From Lachnospiraceae bacterium (GTDB lineage Bacteria > Bacillota > Clostridia > Lachnospirales > Lachnospiraceae), in assembly GCA_031556725.1 (NCBI GenBank), contig JAVBSL010000016.1, positions 6,364-70,363 of the forward strand: 64,000 nt of DNA. Reading direction: 5' to 3'. This document shows, piece after piece, positions 40,542 to 49,880 of the stretch. The translations under genes were made by a program, and so were the position numbers. The notes below the pieces were generated by a model. It was not told the DNA's origin, made no database searches, and saw nothing but the letters and a program-made list of their open reading frames with translations. Position 1 is the stretch's first letter; every line of letters begins with the position of its first letter.

Positions 40542-41753
40542 TCATTTAATGATTTTCAGAAATTTCTTTTTCCCGATTTTTACTACTTCATTGCATATCA
40601 TTACCCGCGTCAGATCTTCCATAGTAAATTTTTCACCCTCAATGCTGATGCCACCTTGCGCAAGAAGCCGGTTGAACTCGCTTTTGCTAGATACATAACC
40701 TTCAGACACGAGCTGCGGAATGATATCTTTCAGGAGGTCACCTTCCACATCAATGACCAGTTCGGGAACATCATCCGGGATGCCCTTGACAGAAAAGGCT
40801 GCATGATAAAAAGCTTTTGCCTTTTCTACTGCCTCGGCATCATGGTATAGGGAAGTAATGGTTTCAGCCAGCGTTAATTTAATATCTCTGGGGTTGGCTC
40901 CTTCAGCCAATTGTTTTCCAATAGCTTCTATCTCATCGGGATGAACATCCGTAACCAGTTCAAAGTAACGAATAATCAAGTTGTCCGGCACTTCCATAGC
41001 CTTTTTAAACATCACCTGCGCCGGTTCATCAATACCAATGTAATTCCCCAGACTCTTGCTCATTTTCTCCACCCCGTCCAATCCTTCCAATATGGGCATA
41101 AAAAGGGCAATCTGCTGCTCTTTCCCCATAGCCTTCTGCAGGGTTCTTCCCATCAGAATATTAAAAGTCTGATCCGTACCGCCCATTTCAATGTCCGCAT
41201 TTAGATGCACCGAATCATAAGCCTGCATCAACGGATAAAAAAACTCATGGATACCGATCGGCACCTGATTACGGAAGCGGTTCTCAAAATCATCCCGCTC
41301 CAGCATCCTCGCCACCGTAGTCACCGACGCCAGCTTAAGCACCTCCTCCAAAGCAAGCTTCGAAAGCCACTCACTGTTAAAACAAACCTGCGTCTTTTCC
41401 CGATCCAACACCTTAAATATCTGTGCGCAATAAGTAGCCGCATTCTCCCTCACCTGTCCTTCGGACAGTGCACTTCTTCCTTTTGCCTTCCCCGTAGGAT
41501 CCCCAATCTTACCGGTAAAATCACCGATAATAATCACAGCCTTATGCCCCATCTCCTGCATCTGCCTAATCTTCCGAAGCACCACCGTATGCCCCAAATG
41601 AATATCCGGAGCCGTTGGGTCAAGCCCTAACTTAACAACCAGCGGTTGCTTAGCAGCAACCGATCTTTCCAGCTTAGCCAACAATTCCTCACGATTCACC
41701 AACTTACAAACGCCCTTTTCAATAATCCTGATTTGTTCCTGTGCACTTAACAT
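40542..41753 (-). CDS. tyrS: Tyrosine--tRNA ligase
   Basis: 403 aa; HIGH-type motif (DIHLGH), KMSKS, and a C-terminal S4-like domain. Confidence 0.95.
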   Translation of the reverse strand: MLSAQEQIRIIEKGVCKLVNREELLAKLERSVAAKQPLVVKLGLDPTAPDIHLGHTVVLRKIRQMQEMGHKAVIIIGDFTGKIGDPTGKAKGRSALSEGQVRENAATYCAQIFKVLDREKTQVCFNSEWLSKLALEEVLKLASVTTVARMLERDDFENRFRNQVPIGIHEFFYPLMQAYDSVHLNADIEMGGTDQTFNILMGRTLQKAMGKEQQIALFMPILEGLDGVEKMSKSLGNYIGIDEPAQVMFKKAMEVPDNLIIRYFELVTDVHPDEIEAIGKQLAEGANPRDIKLTLAETITSLYHDAEAVEKAKAFYHAAFSVKGIPDDVPELVIDVEGDLLKDIIPQLVSEGYVSSKSEFNRLLAQGGISIEGEKFTMEDLTRVMICNEVVKIGKKKFLKIIK

Positions 41754-41786
41754 GATTTTTCTTTTCTCCTTTCATAACCTGCTTTT

Positions 41787-41998
41787 CCGACAATTACAAG
41801 ACTTATACTCGGCAACGAGATGCTACAATTTATTTTGTGTAAATCCCTTTTTGTCACGAAAATGAAACTTTAATTCGTGGAGCTCGCTTGTGCGAACACG
41901 AATTATGCTTAAGGTTCATTGTAGTGTTTGGCAAAACAGGATTGGAACAAAATAAATTGTCGCATCCCGCTGCCGAGTATAAGTCTTGTAATTGTCGG
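41787..41998 (-). repeat. Long hairpin element A (212 nt) inside the tyrS 5' leader
   Basis: The outer 28 bp are perfect (ccgacaattacaagacttatactcggca / tgccgagtataagtcttgtaattgtcgg) and pairing continues to an apical region near 41881-41897. The core is homologous to 58938-58980. Confidence 0.85.
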
Positions 41999-42017
41999 TC
42001 AACAACCCCCCGAGGAC

Positions 42018-42329
42018 AAAAAAATCCCGTCCTCATGTTTCCATAAGGACGAGATGTATCTCGCGTTACCACCTTATTTTATAAACAGCTCACACTGTTT
42101 ACCTCATCAGGTACGGTCCTGCTCCTACTGCTGCCGGCGATACCCTTGCACACGATGACGGGGTGCTTATCCGTCGCAGCCTACTTAGTTTCCCGTTCGG
42201 TGCGCAACTCAAAGAGGTATTCACATCCGCTATCCCCACGCCTCTCATCGACCGGCTGCTTTCTGTCAGGCTTCCTGAATGTTACTATTTCTTATCATAG
42301 TCTTTGCTTTCTCTATGAAATTGTTAATT
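42018..42329 (-). promoter_or_regulatory. T-box riboswitch leader, tyrosine specifier (UAC), with terminator
   Basis: All reads are minus-strand:
- Stem I 5' side: CUAUGAUAAGAAAUAGUAAC (K-turn/AGUA).
- Distal motif: ACAGAAAGC.
- Specifier context: GUGAA-UAC-C (UAC = 42219-42217).
- T-box sequence: AAUAAGGUGGUAACGCGAG (about 42061-42079).
- Terminator: CGUCCU...AGGACGGG plus U7 (42018-42053). Confidence 0.8.
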
Positions 42330-42335
42330 GTCTGT

Positions 42336-42364
42336 ATCTTATACCCAATTTTTGCCCCTGTCAA
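42336..42364 (-). promoter_or_regulatory. Candidate promoter of the tyrS T-box leader (TTGACA-N17-TAAGAT)
   Basis: Minus-strand read: cTTGACAggggcaaaaattgggtaTAAGATacag. Confidence 0.55.
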
Positions 42365-42372
42365 GCAAAAAT

Positions 42373-42789
42373 TTATTCTGCCATTTCTTCCTGCATTAGC
42401 TTTAAGGCATTATTGAATTCCATTGCCACACGGCTGGCATTTACTTTCATCAGGAAAAAGACCACCACATCGATTACCAGCACAGATCCCCCTATGGCAA
42501 CCGTTATTTCCATACTGATCAGGGCATTGCCAAACCAGGCAAAGGAAAGAATAGCTATTTCCAACAAAATCAAATGCAGAATCTCCCGAAAGATTCGCTG
42601 CCGCCGGTTCAATACCTTACGGGAATAATATACCGCTTCCGGAAGCATGCCCACTGCCGCAAAGAGAAAGGGGGCAAAGAAGTTATCATATCCGACTTTC
42701 AAATCCGGAGCCAGAAAAACACCAATAGTCCCCATTGCAGCCGTAATACAAGCCGATATCAGCAGGTAATTAATAATAATTTTTTTCAT
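42373..42789 (-). CDS. DUF3021-like small membrane protein (partner of the LytTR regulator)
   Basis: 138 aa with 4 TM helices. Its start overlaps the LytTR gene stop by 4 nt. Confidence 0.6.
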   Translation of the reverse strand: MKKIIINYLLISACITAAMGTIGVFLAPDLKVGYDNFFAPFLFAAVGMLPEAVYYSRKVLNRRQRIFREILHLILLEIAILSFAWFGNALISMEITVAIGGSVLVIDVVVFFLMKVNASRVAMEFNNALKLMQEEMAE

Positions 42790-43241
42790 CTTTTATTTTC
42801 TCCCTTTCCCATAACCACTTTTTTCAAATCAGGAACATACTGCCTGGTAATAATAATCTGTTCATCATTTTTCATATGTGCCACAAACCGCCCATTGATT
42901 TCCGGACTGATACATGTAAGCCGCATCAAATTCAAAATGACCTGCTTGGAACAGCGGATAAAATGGTGGCTCCGGCATTCTTCCTCTAACTCATAAAGCC
43001 GCTTCTTCACTTCATATATTTCCTTGTGAGTATAGGCAAATACTTTTTCATCCACCGCCTCAAAATAATAAATATTTTCCAGGGGAAGGGTAAACCTCTT
43101 TTCATTCAGATAACCGGTTATCGTGTAGCCCTGACTGGCGGCAAATTTCCGGATTGCTTCAAATTCTCCGGTCATTTCCACACATTCCAGAACCACCTGT
43201 TCTTCCGCCTTATTCTGAATCTTTCTCATAACTACTTTCAT
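42786..43241 (-). CDS. LytTR-family DNA-binding protein (stand-alone, no receiver domain)
   Basis: A LytTR domain pattern (IYYFEAVDEKVFAYTHKEIYEVKKRLYELEE...FIRCSKQVILNL). The start was set at MKVVMRK (ATG 43241), just after the upstream stop at 43246. Confidence 0.75.
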   Translation of the reverse strand: MKVVMRKIQNKAEEQVVLECVEMTGEFEAIRKFAASQGYTITGYLNEKRFTLPLENIYYFEAVDEKVFAYTHKEIYEVKKRLYELEEECRSHHFIRCSKQVILNLMRLTCISPEINGRFVAHMKNDEQIIITRQYVPDLKKVVMGKGENKR

Positions 43242-43245
43242 ACGC

Positions 43246-44568
43246 TCAATATTCCTCTGCAAATGCCGGCCTGGTACCATTTTTAAAAATGCTGTCAAAA
43301 AATTCCAGCACCACCTCATTCATCTTTTCCACCCCATATCTGGCGTCTATCTTTCCTACTCCCAACTGTCTTGCTAAAAAGGGAGAAAACAAAGGCAAAT
43401 CTGTAAAATTCAGATGACCGGCTTTTCTAAATACCACCGAATATGCTTCAATTGCCCCATCGGCAGCATAAAAATTATAATACTTTTCACCGGTACTTTC
43501 CACAAGTTCTTTGGCCGCCTCGTAATGATCTTCCGCATATATATTTAAAAGCGGAACCGGATAAGGTTCTTCATTCAGAATCGGAAATCCGTTCTCAACG
43601 CCTACTGCCTCACCCAGCATGGAACCATCCAGATCGATCACCGCTCCGATATCCTCTCTGGTCCTTCCCAGCACCGCACCGGCGGTACCGCCCAGCGAAT
43701 GTCCGAACAATCCGATCTTAGTGCTATCCACCTGGATAAAAGGTGTACCGCTATCGGCCGCCGCCAGCTGCAATATGGTATCCAGTACAAAGTCCTCATC
43801 ATCCACCCGCAGCTTCAGCCATTCCTGCGTAGTTTGATAAATCATTTCTTCATCTTCCGATGCATTAATAGTATAAACACTGTTTATAAAATCCATATTG
43901 ACCGGTGTAAAGACCCCTTCCGTATCTAAAGTAAAAAAAGCATGATAGGTATGGCCGATACTTGCCACCACGTAGCCGTGAGATGCCAACTGTTCAAAGG
44001 TAGACTGATTGCTGCCGGAAAACCCAAAAGCACCATGGGAGAATACCAGCAGCGGATAAGTTTCACCGGTATCCTCCTCCGGATACCAGAATTCTACCGT
44101 CAGCTTTCGGTGAGGCGCAGCCTCCCCCTCTTTTACTACAGCAAAAGTTTCGATTCGTTCTTCATCAGTCCATGTATATTTACTGTATGCAACTGCCCAC
44201 TCTCCATCCGGGGTAACAGGTCTGAACTGAGGACATATTATTGCGAGCAGCAACGCCATATAATACAAAAATACTTTTCCAATAAAGTTCCCGATAACAT
44301 TGCCAATATGAAACGCTTTTTCTTTGCTCTGCTTCTTAATTAATCCAATCACTGCCACCAGCGCCTGCACCAGAAGCACCAATGCAATGGCATAATACCT
44401 GAATCCCCATTCCAGCACCCCGGTCAGCAAAAGGACCGTAAGCAGCACAAATTCTCCAATCCTGACAATCCGTCTTTCCTTCACATGCCGCTCATTTTGC
44501 ATTAAATCCCAAATCATCAAAAATACTTCCACTGCAATCAGCAAAACCAATACTATATTTCCCATCAA
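43246..44568 (-). CDS. Membrane-anchored alpha/beta hydrolase (PAF-acetylhydrolase/dienelactone-hydrolase-like)
   Basis: 440 aa with 3-4 N-terminal TM helices, then an alpha/beta fold with the nucleophile elbow GHSLGG. Confidence 0.7.
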   Translation of the reverse strand: MMGNIVLVLLIAVEVFLMIWDLMQNERHVKERRIVRIGEFVLLTVLLLTGVLEWGFRYYAIALVLLVQALVAVIGLIKKQSKEKAFHIGNVIGNFIGKVFLYYMALLLAIICPQFRPVTPDGEWAVAYSKYTWTDEERIETFAVVKEGEAAPHRKLTVEFWYPEEDTGETYPLLVFSHGAFGFSGSNQSTFEQLASHGYVVASIGHTYHAFFTLDTEGVFTPVNMDFINSVYTINASEDEEMIYQTTQEWLKLRVDDEDFVLDTILQLAAADSGTPFIQVDSTKIGLFGHSLGGTAGAVLGRTREDIGAVIDLDGSMLGEAVGVENGFPILNEEPYPVPLLNIYAEDHYEAAKELVESTGEKYYNFYAADGAIEAYSVVFRKAGHLNFTDLPLFSPFLARQLGVGKIDARYGVEKMNEVVLEFFDSIFKNGTRPAFAEEY

Positions 44569-44675
44569 AATTCCTCCATTCGCTTAATAAACTCCATTAT
44601 AATTTCGAAAATCTTAATTTCAATAAACTTTCGATGAATTGCATTTTAGCGAGGTGAGTTGCATCTGAAACGGGC

Positions 44676-44710
44676 AAAAAAAGACGAGGTTCATAACATC
44701 CTCGTCCCTT
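44676..44710 (-). terminator. Intrinsic terminator of mgtE
   Basis: On the minus strand: gacgagg-atgttatgaa-cctcgtc followed by T8. Confidence 0.6.
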
Positions 44711-44730
44711 GCGTTCTGTTCACTCACAGT

Positions 44731-46080
44731 TTATATCTTTAATATTCTCTGAGCAATCTGGAAATATACAATTAAAGACAGTGCATCTACAATCGTGGTG
44801 ATAAAAGGGCTTGCCATAACCGCCGGGTCCAGGCCGATTTTTTTTGCCAATATGGGTAAGGTACAACCAATAATTTTGGCTAAAATGACCGTTACCACAA
44901 TCGTCAGACATACTACCATGGCTACCGGAATCCCAACCTTATCAAACAGCATCAGTTTAACAAAATAAGCGCCTGAAAGTGTAATTCCACAGCAAATTGA
45001 TACTAATATCTCTTTTCCCCAAATGGTGGGAATATTTTTATATTCAATTTCTCCCAGTGACAACCCACGGATTATGGTTACACTGGCCTGCCCGCCGGCA
45101 TTACCACCGGTATCCATCAGCATCGGAATAAAGGCCATCAGGATTGGAACAATACTTAAGGCCTCCTCAAAGGAGGTAATGATCTTGCCGGTAAAAGTCG
45201 CTGAAATCATCAGCAGCAACAGCCAGGGTATCCGGCTCTTCCAGGTTTCAAAAACACCCGTTTTTAAATAGGGCTTATCCGTCGGCACAATAGCGGCCAT
45301 TTTCTCGATATCTTCCGTGGTTTCTTCTTCCAGGATATCCACAACGTCATCCACGGTAATGATACCTACTAACCGGTTTTCGTTATCTACTACCGGCATC
45401 GCAATAAAATCATATTTGGAGAACTGTCTGGCAACCTCTTCCTGATCCATAAGGGTATTCAGATAAATAACGTTCTCACTCATAATATCACTGATTACGG
45501 TGTCTGCTGAACTAAGCAGCAACTGACGCAGGGCTACCGCTCCTACCAGTGTTCGTTTTGAATCTAATACATAACATACATTGATGGTTTCACTATCCAC
45601 ACCCACCCTGCGGATTCGGGCAACAGCTTCTTCCACTGTCATATCTTCCTTCAAATCCACATATTCTACCGTCATAATGCTACCGGCAGAGTCTTCCGGA
45701 TAGCGCAGTAAATGGTTAATATCCCTGCGAGTCTCCGCATTGGCATTAGCCAACAATTTTTTTACCATATTAGCAGGCATTTCTTCCAGAAAATCTACCG
45801 CATCATCGGCCATCAGGTTATTAATGATATTAGCCGCTTCCCGGTCAGACAAGGACGTGATAATATATTGCTGATCATCCACCTCCAGATAGGAAAAAAC
45901 ATCTGCTGCCATACTTTTGGGCAGAATCCGGAAAATCTTTAACTGCGCTTCCTCCTCCAGTTCTCCCATGACTACAGCAATATCGGCAATATTCATATCT
46001 GCCAGTCTTTGACGAAGTCTTGTATATTGCTTAGTCTCCAACAGTTCCTTGATTACATCTAACTCCTTGATTTCGTCCAT
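44731..46080 (-). CDS. mgtE: Magnesium transporter MgtE
   Basis: 449 aa with an MgtE N-domain, tandem CBS domains and a C-terminal TM domain (DTGGNAGGQ). Confidence 0.95.
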   Translation of the reverse strand: MDEIKELDVIKELLETKQYTRLRQRLADMNIADIAVVMGELEEEAQLKIFRILPKSMAADVFSYLEVDDQQYIITSLSDREAANIINNLMADDAVDFLEEMPANMVKKLLANANAETRRDINHLLRYPEDSAGSIMTVEYVDLKEDMTVEEAVARIRRVGVDSETINVCYVLDSKRTLVGAVALRQLLLSSADTVISDIMSENVIYLNTLMDQEEVARQFSKYDFIAMPVVDNENRLVGIITVDDVVDILEEETTEDIEKMAAIVPTDKPYLKTGVFETWKSRIPWLLLLMISATFTGKIITSFEEALSIVPILMAFIPMLMDTGGNAGGQASVTIIRGLSLGEIEYKNIPTIWGKEILVSICCGITLSGAYFVKLMLFDKVGIPVAMVVCLTIVVTVILAKIIGCTLPILAKKIGLDPAVMASPFITTIVDALSLIVYFQIAQRILKI

Positions 46081-46211
46081 CGCAATTCTTCTCCTTATTC
46101 GTGATTTTTATGCTCCTACATGGGAGGGGGACATCTGAACTTGACTGCGTACTTCGCTCCATAAAAACCACCACCTTTCGTGAATTGCCTTCTATCAATT
46201 TAGCGCATTTA

Positions 46212-46874
46212 CTACCTGTTTGTCAACGTAAAATCTTTGTAAAATCCGGCTCCGGTCACTTCCGCTGCCGCTTTGGCCGCCGTAACTTCGGTTACAGCCT
46301 TCTTAATGTCTTCAGTATCTTCAAAAGGAAGCATAATATCCATCTCTACCTTTTCTTCATAACGGGACTGTAATATCGGTATATTCCGCTGTCCCAGCAA
46401 GTATTGGATTTTCCCCACTTCCGGATACTCTGCCCGGATGGTCAGCGCACTGCCGTAACGCATCCGCATGACGGAAGTATTTTTGATTCCTTCCTGTACC
46501 GCCTGAGTGTAGGCCCGTACCAATCCGCCGGTTCCCAGCAAAGTTCCGCCAAAATACCTTGTCACTACCACTGCAATGTTGGTTAATCCCGCCCCATTTA
46601 AAACCTCCAGCATCGGCTTTCCGGCGGTTCCCTGGGGTTCCCCATCATCACTATAGCGTACCAGTTCACTTTTCCTTCCGATTATATATGCTGTACAGTT
46701 ATGTCTGGCATCCCAATACTTTTTCTTAATTTCTTCAATAAAATGCAAGGCCTCTTCTTCCGACCAAACCGGCGCTACCGTCGCAATAAATCTTGATTTT
46801 TTCTCAACAATCTCGCCCGTTCCTCTTTCCGCTATCTCCAGATAAGGCCGAATATCTTCCTGCTTTTCGTTCAT
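46212..46874 (-). CDS. yigZ: YigZ / IMPACT-family protein (UPF0029)
   Basis: EKKSRFIATVAPV...HNCTAYI...DDGEPQGTAGKPML. The start was set at MNEKQED (ATG 46874) behind ggagg. Confidence 0.8.
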   Translation of the reverse strand: MNEKQEDIRPYLEIAERGTGEIVEKKSRFIATVAPVWSEEEALHFIEEIKKKYWDARHNCTAYIIGRKSELVRYSDDGEPQGTAGKPMLEVLNGAGLTNIAVVVTRYFGGTLLGTGGLVRAYTQAVQEGIKNTSVMRMRYGSALTIRAEYPEVGKIQYLLGQRNIPILQSRYEEKVEMDIMLPFEDTEDIKKAVTEVTAAKAAAEVTGAGFYKDFTLTNR

Positions 46875-47069
46875 ACTGCCTCCGATTTTTCTGCAAATGG
46901 TGCCTCTAAAGTAGTTTAACATAAAGCCGAATAAAAGTATAAGATTTTGTGAACAATTCTTAATATGGAAGAAAAAACCTTTATTTTGATGGAAAAGTTT
47001 GGTATACTTGGGTGATATCAGCAGAATTTCATCTAATACGGTTCTGCTCAGATTATGCAGGAGGTAACT

Positions 47070-49814
47070 ATGAATTACGGAAAAAGAGGTGTCCGTGCAA
47101 AGCAGAAAGCTTTGAACTCCACCGGCGGAAAATGGGGGAAAAAGGTATTACTGACCTTCTTCAATCTTATTCTCATTTGCTTAATAGCAGTAGGCATCAT
47201 TGCTGCCTGTGCCGGTTTCGGGGTGTTTAAAGGCATTATCGATACTGCGCCGGACATTAGTAATATTAACGTAACCCCGACAGGCTTTTCAACCTTTGCC
47301 TATGATATCGAGGGTAACAATATAGCCAAATTGGTTAACAAAAATTCCAATCGAATCCCTGTGGGCAAAGATATGATTCCGGAAAATCTTTCACATGCTT
47401 TTGTTTCCATCGAGGATGAGCGTTTTTATGAACATAACGGTATTGATATCCAAGGTATTTTTCGTGCTGCTTATGTAGGTATCAAGAATAAATTTGATTT
47501 TTCGGAAGGGGCCAGTACCATTACCCAACAGCTTTTGAAAAACAATGTATTTACCGACTGGACCAGCGAAAAAAGCTTTGCGGAAAAAGCCAAGCGAAAG
47601 GTACAGGAACAATATCTGGCCCTGGAGCTTGAAAAAATCATGTCCAAAGAAGATATTCTGGTTAACTATATGAACAGCATCAACCTGGGCCAGAATACTC
47701 TGGGTGTACAGGCAGCATCACAACGTTATTTTAACAAGTCGGTAAAGGATTTAAACCTTTCCGAATGTGCTGTTATTGCTGCTATTACCCAAAATCCCAC
47801 CCGTTTTAACCCGATATCCCATCCTACGGATAACGCTGAACGGCGTAAAAAGGTTCTTGGAAATATGCTGAAGCATGAGTATATTACCCAAACCCAATAT
47901 GATGATGCAATTGCCGATGATGTGTATTCCCGCATTCAGGTAGTGGATGAAGAAGTTGCTGATGACGCTACCAATTCTTATTTTGTAGATGCACTGATTG
48001 ATGATGTGATGGAAGATTTGCTGGCTGCCGGTTACAATGAAACTCAGGCGTATACGCTTCTGTATAGCGGCGGTTTGAAGATTTATACCACTCAGGACCC
48101 GGCTATTCAAAAGATTTGCGATGACGTCTTTTTAAATGAAGAAAACTATCCGGCTAACACCCGGTGGTATCTTAATTATGATTTGACTATCGAAAAGGCC
48201 AACGGAGATAAAGAGAACCACAGCAAAGAAATGTTAAAGGATTACTTTTTGGAATCAAACCGCGACTTTAATTTGATTTTCAATTCGCAAGAGGAAGCAT
48301 ATGATGCCATTGCAGAATATAAAGCTGTTGTTATGTCAAGCGGCGACGAGGAAATTGGTGAAAAAATCAGTTTAACACCTCAGCCTCAGGTTTCCATTAC
48401 AGTTGAAGATCAAAGTACCGGTCATGTGGCTGCCATGGTAGGTGGCCGCGGTACCAAAACCGGAAGCCGAACCCTGAATCGTGCGGTAGATGCCAAACGT
48501 CAGCCCGGTTCCTGCTTTAAAATTGTTGCTGTTTATGCACCGGCTCTTGACAGTGCCGGATTAACCCTGGCTACCGTCCAGAATGATGCACCTTTTAACT
48601 ATGCTGATGGCCGGCCGGTTAGCAACTGGTGGTCAACGGGATACCGCGGACTGGCCTCCTTACGAGACGGTATCCGCGACTCGATGAATATTATTGCCGT
48701 AAAGACTTTAACCCAGATTACCCCCCAGTTAGGTTTTGACTACCTGCTGAACTTTGGTTTCACAACACTGGTAGACCGGGAAGAAGTAACCGTGGGCGGC
48801 AAAACCGATATCCATTCCGATATCGTACAGTCACTTGCTTTGGGCGGTGTTACAAAGGGTGTAACCAACCTGGAATTAAATGCTTCCTATGCTGCCATTG
48901 CCAATGGTGGTATGTACATTAAGCCTAAGCTATATACCCGGATAATCGATCATGATGGTAACGTCCTGCTTGATAATACCAATCCCGTGTCCAGACAGGT
49001 TATTAAGGAAACTACTGCTTATCTGCTGACCCATGCCATGACGGATGTTGTGACCTCTGGAACCGGTACTGCTGTTAATTTTGGTGGCATGGCGATTGCC
49101 GGAAAAACCGGAACCACCTCCCTTTACAATGATGTGTGGTTTGCCGGATATACTCCTTACTATACCGCAACCACCTGGACCGGATATGACAATAACGTAA
49201 AATTGCGTAAGGGCGAGGAACAAGCCCTGTCCAAGAAACTATGGCGGGCGGTTATGTCACAGATCCACGAAGACTTACCCAGCCTTACCTTCCAGGTACC
49301 TTCCGGTATCGTTCAGGCAACGGTATGTTCCCGTTCCGGTAAATTGCCGATCGCCGGACTTTGTGACGGTACCTTAAGAACCGAATACTTTGCCGAAGGA
49401 ACAGTACCTACGGACAGTTGCAACGCCCACTATCAGGGTATGGTATGTCAATACTCAAACTTACCTGCATGTGAGTCCTGTCCTTTCATGGTTCCCGGCG
49501 TGCTGGAATTGACTCCTCCGGAAGACCCCTCCTTATTGAGCGGTTCCGGAACTGCACCTGCCAATGTAGGCGGTGCTTCCATTACCAAAGAGGTGGTTAA
49601 TGAAGATGGATCCATAACCAACATCGTTATTCCGCAGACTAATACAGCATCCTGCCCGCATAATCTGGAATTCTTCGCTAATCCGGATGCACCGGCAATT
49701 ATTGAACAACAACGTAATGAAATGAATATGGCCGCAGCGGCGGCACAGGCGGCGGCTGAAGCTGCCAATGCGATTCCCGCTCTTCCGATGGGCGAGGAAA
49801 ATGCTCCCGAGTAG
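47070..49814 (+). CDS. Class A penicillin-binding protein (PBP1A, transglycosylase + transpeptidase)
   Basis: GT51 motifs (EDERFYEHNGID, GASTITQQL) and transpeptidase motifs (SCFK, SMN, KTGT). The start was set at MNYGKRG (ATG 47070) behind aggagg. Confidence 0.9.
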   Translation: MNYGKRGVRAKQKALNSTGGKWGKKVLLTFFNLILICLIAVGIIAACAGFGVFKGIIDTAPDISNINVTPTGFSTFAYDIEGNNIAKLVNKNSNRIPVGKDMIPENLSHAFVSIEDERFYEHNGIDIQGIFRAAYVGIKNKFDFSEGASTITQQLLKNNVFTDWTSEKSFAEKAKRKVQEQYLALELEKIMSKEDILVNYMNSINLGQNTLGVQAASQRYFNKSVKDLNLSECAVIAAITQNPTRFNPISHPTDNAERRKKVLGNMLKHEYITQTQYDDAIADDVYSRIQVVDEEVADDATNSYFVDALIDDVMEDLLAAGYNETQAYTLLYSGGLKIYTTQDPAIQKICDDVFLNEENYPANTRWYLNYDLTIEKANGDKENHSKEMLKDYFLESNRDFNLIFNSQEEAYDAIAEYKAVVMSSGDEEIGEKISLTPQPQVSITVEDQSTGHVAAMVGGRGTKTGSRTLNRAVDAKRQPGSCFKIVAVYAPALDSAGLTLATVQNDAPFNYADGRPVSNWWSTGYRGLASLRDGIRDSMNIIAVKTLTQITPQLGFDYLLNFGFTTLVDREEVTVGGKTDIHSDIVQSLALGGVTKGVTNLELNASYAAIANGGMYIKPKLYTRIIDHDGNVLLDNTNPVSRQVIKETTAYLLTHAMTDVVTSGTGTAVNFGGMAIAGKTGTTSLYNDVWFAGYTPYYTATTWTGYDNNVKLRKGEEQALSKKLWRAVMSQIHEDLPSLTFQVPSGIVQATVCSRSGKLPIAGLCDGTLRTEYFAEGTVPTDSCNAHYQGMVCQYSNLPACESCPFMVPGVLELTPPEDPSLLSGSGTAPANVGGASITKEVVNEDGSITNIVIPQTNTASCPHNLEFFANPDAPAIIEQQRNEMNMAAAAAQAAAEAANAIPALPMGEENAPE

Positions 49815-49831
49815 GGGCAAGCTCATCCAAC

Positions 49832-49872
49832 AAAAAACACACCGGATATTTACGCTCCGGTGTGCTTTTTTA
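49832..49872. terminator. Bidirectional terminator between PBP1A and the accessory block
   Basis: cacaccgga-tatttacgc-tccggtgtg, flanked by A6 and T6. Confidence 0.7.
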
Positions 49873-49880
49873 TGTTTGCT

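Noticed and set aside
42250-42285. An SRP-RNA-like string (CCUGACAGAAAGCAGCC) suggested a 4.5S/scRNA gene.
   Set aside because: The context shows it is the distal AG-bulge/platform region of T-box Stem I. No SRP domain IV symmetric loop or GNAR tetraloop arrangement is present.
41854-42628. ORFs 41854-42072 (-), 41928-42158 (+) and 42146-42628 (+).
   Set aside because: They run through hairpin element A, the T-box leader and the antisense strand of the DUF3021 gene. The region is fully explained by RNA elements, and none has an RBS.
46081-46211. Expected an M-box (ykoK) Mg2+ riboswitch upstream of mgtE.
   Set aside because: Only 131 nt are available. I could not find M-box conserved segments (for example GUUAGGUGAGGCU) on the minus strand. 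Confirming this would need cmscan.
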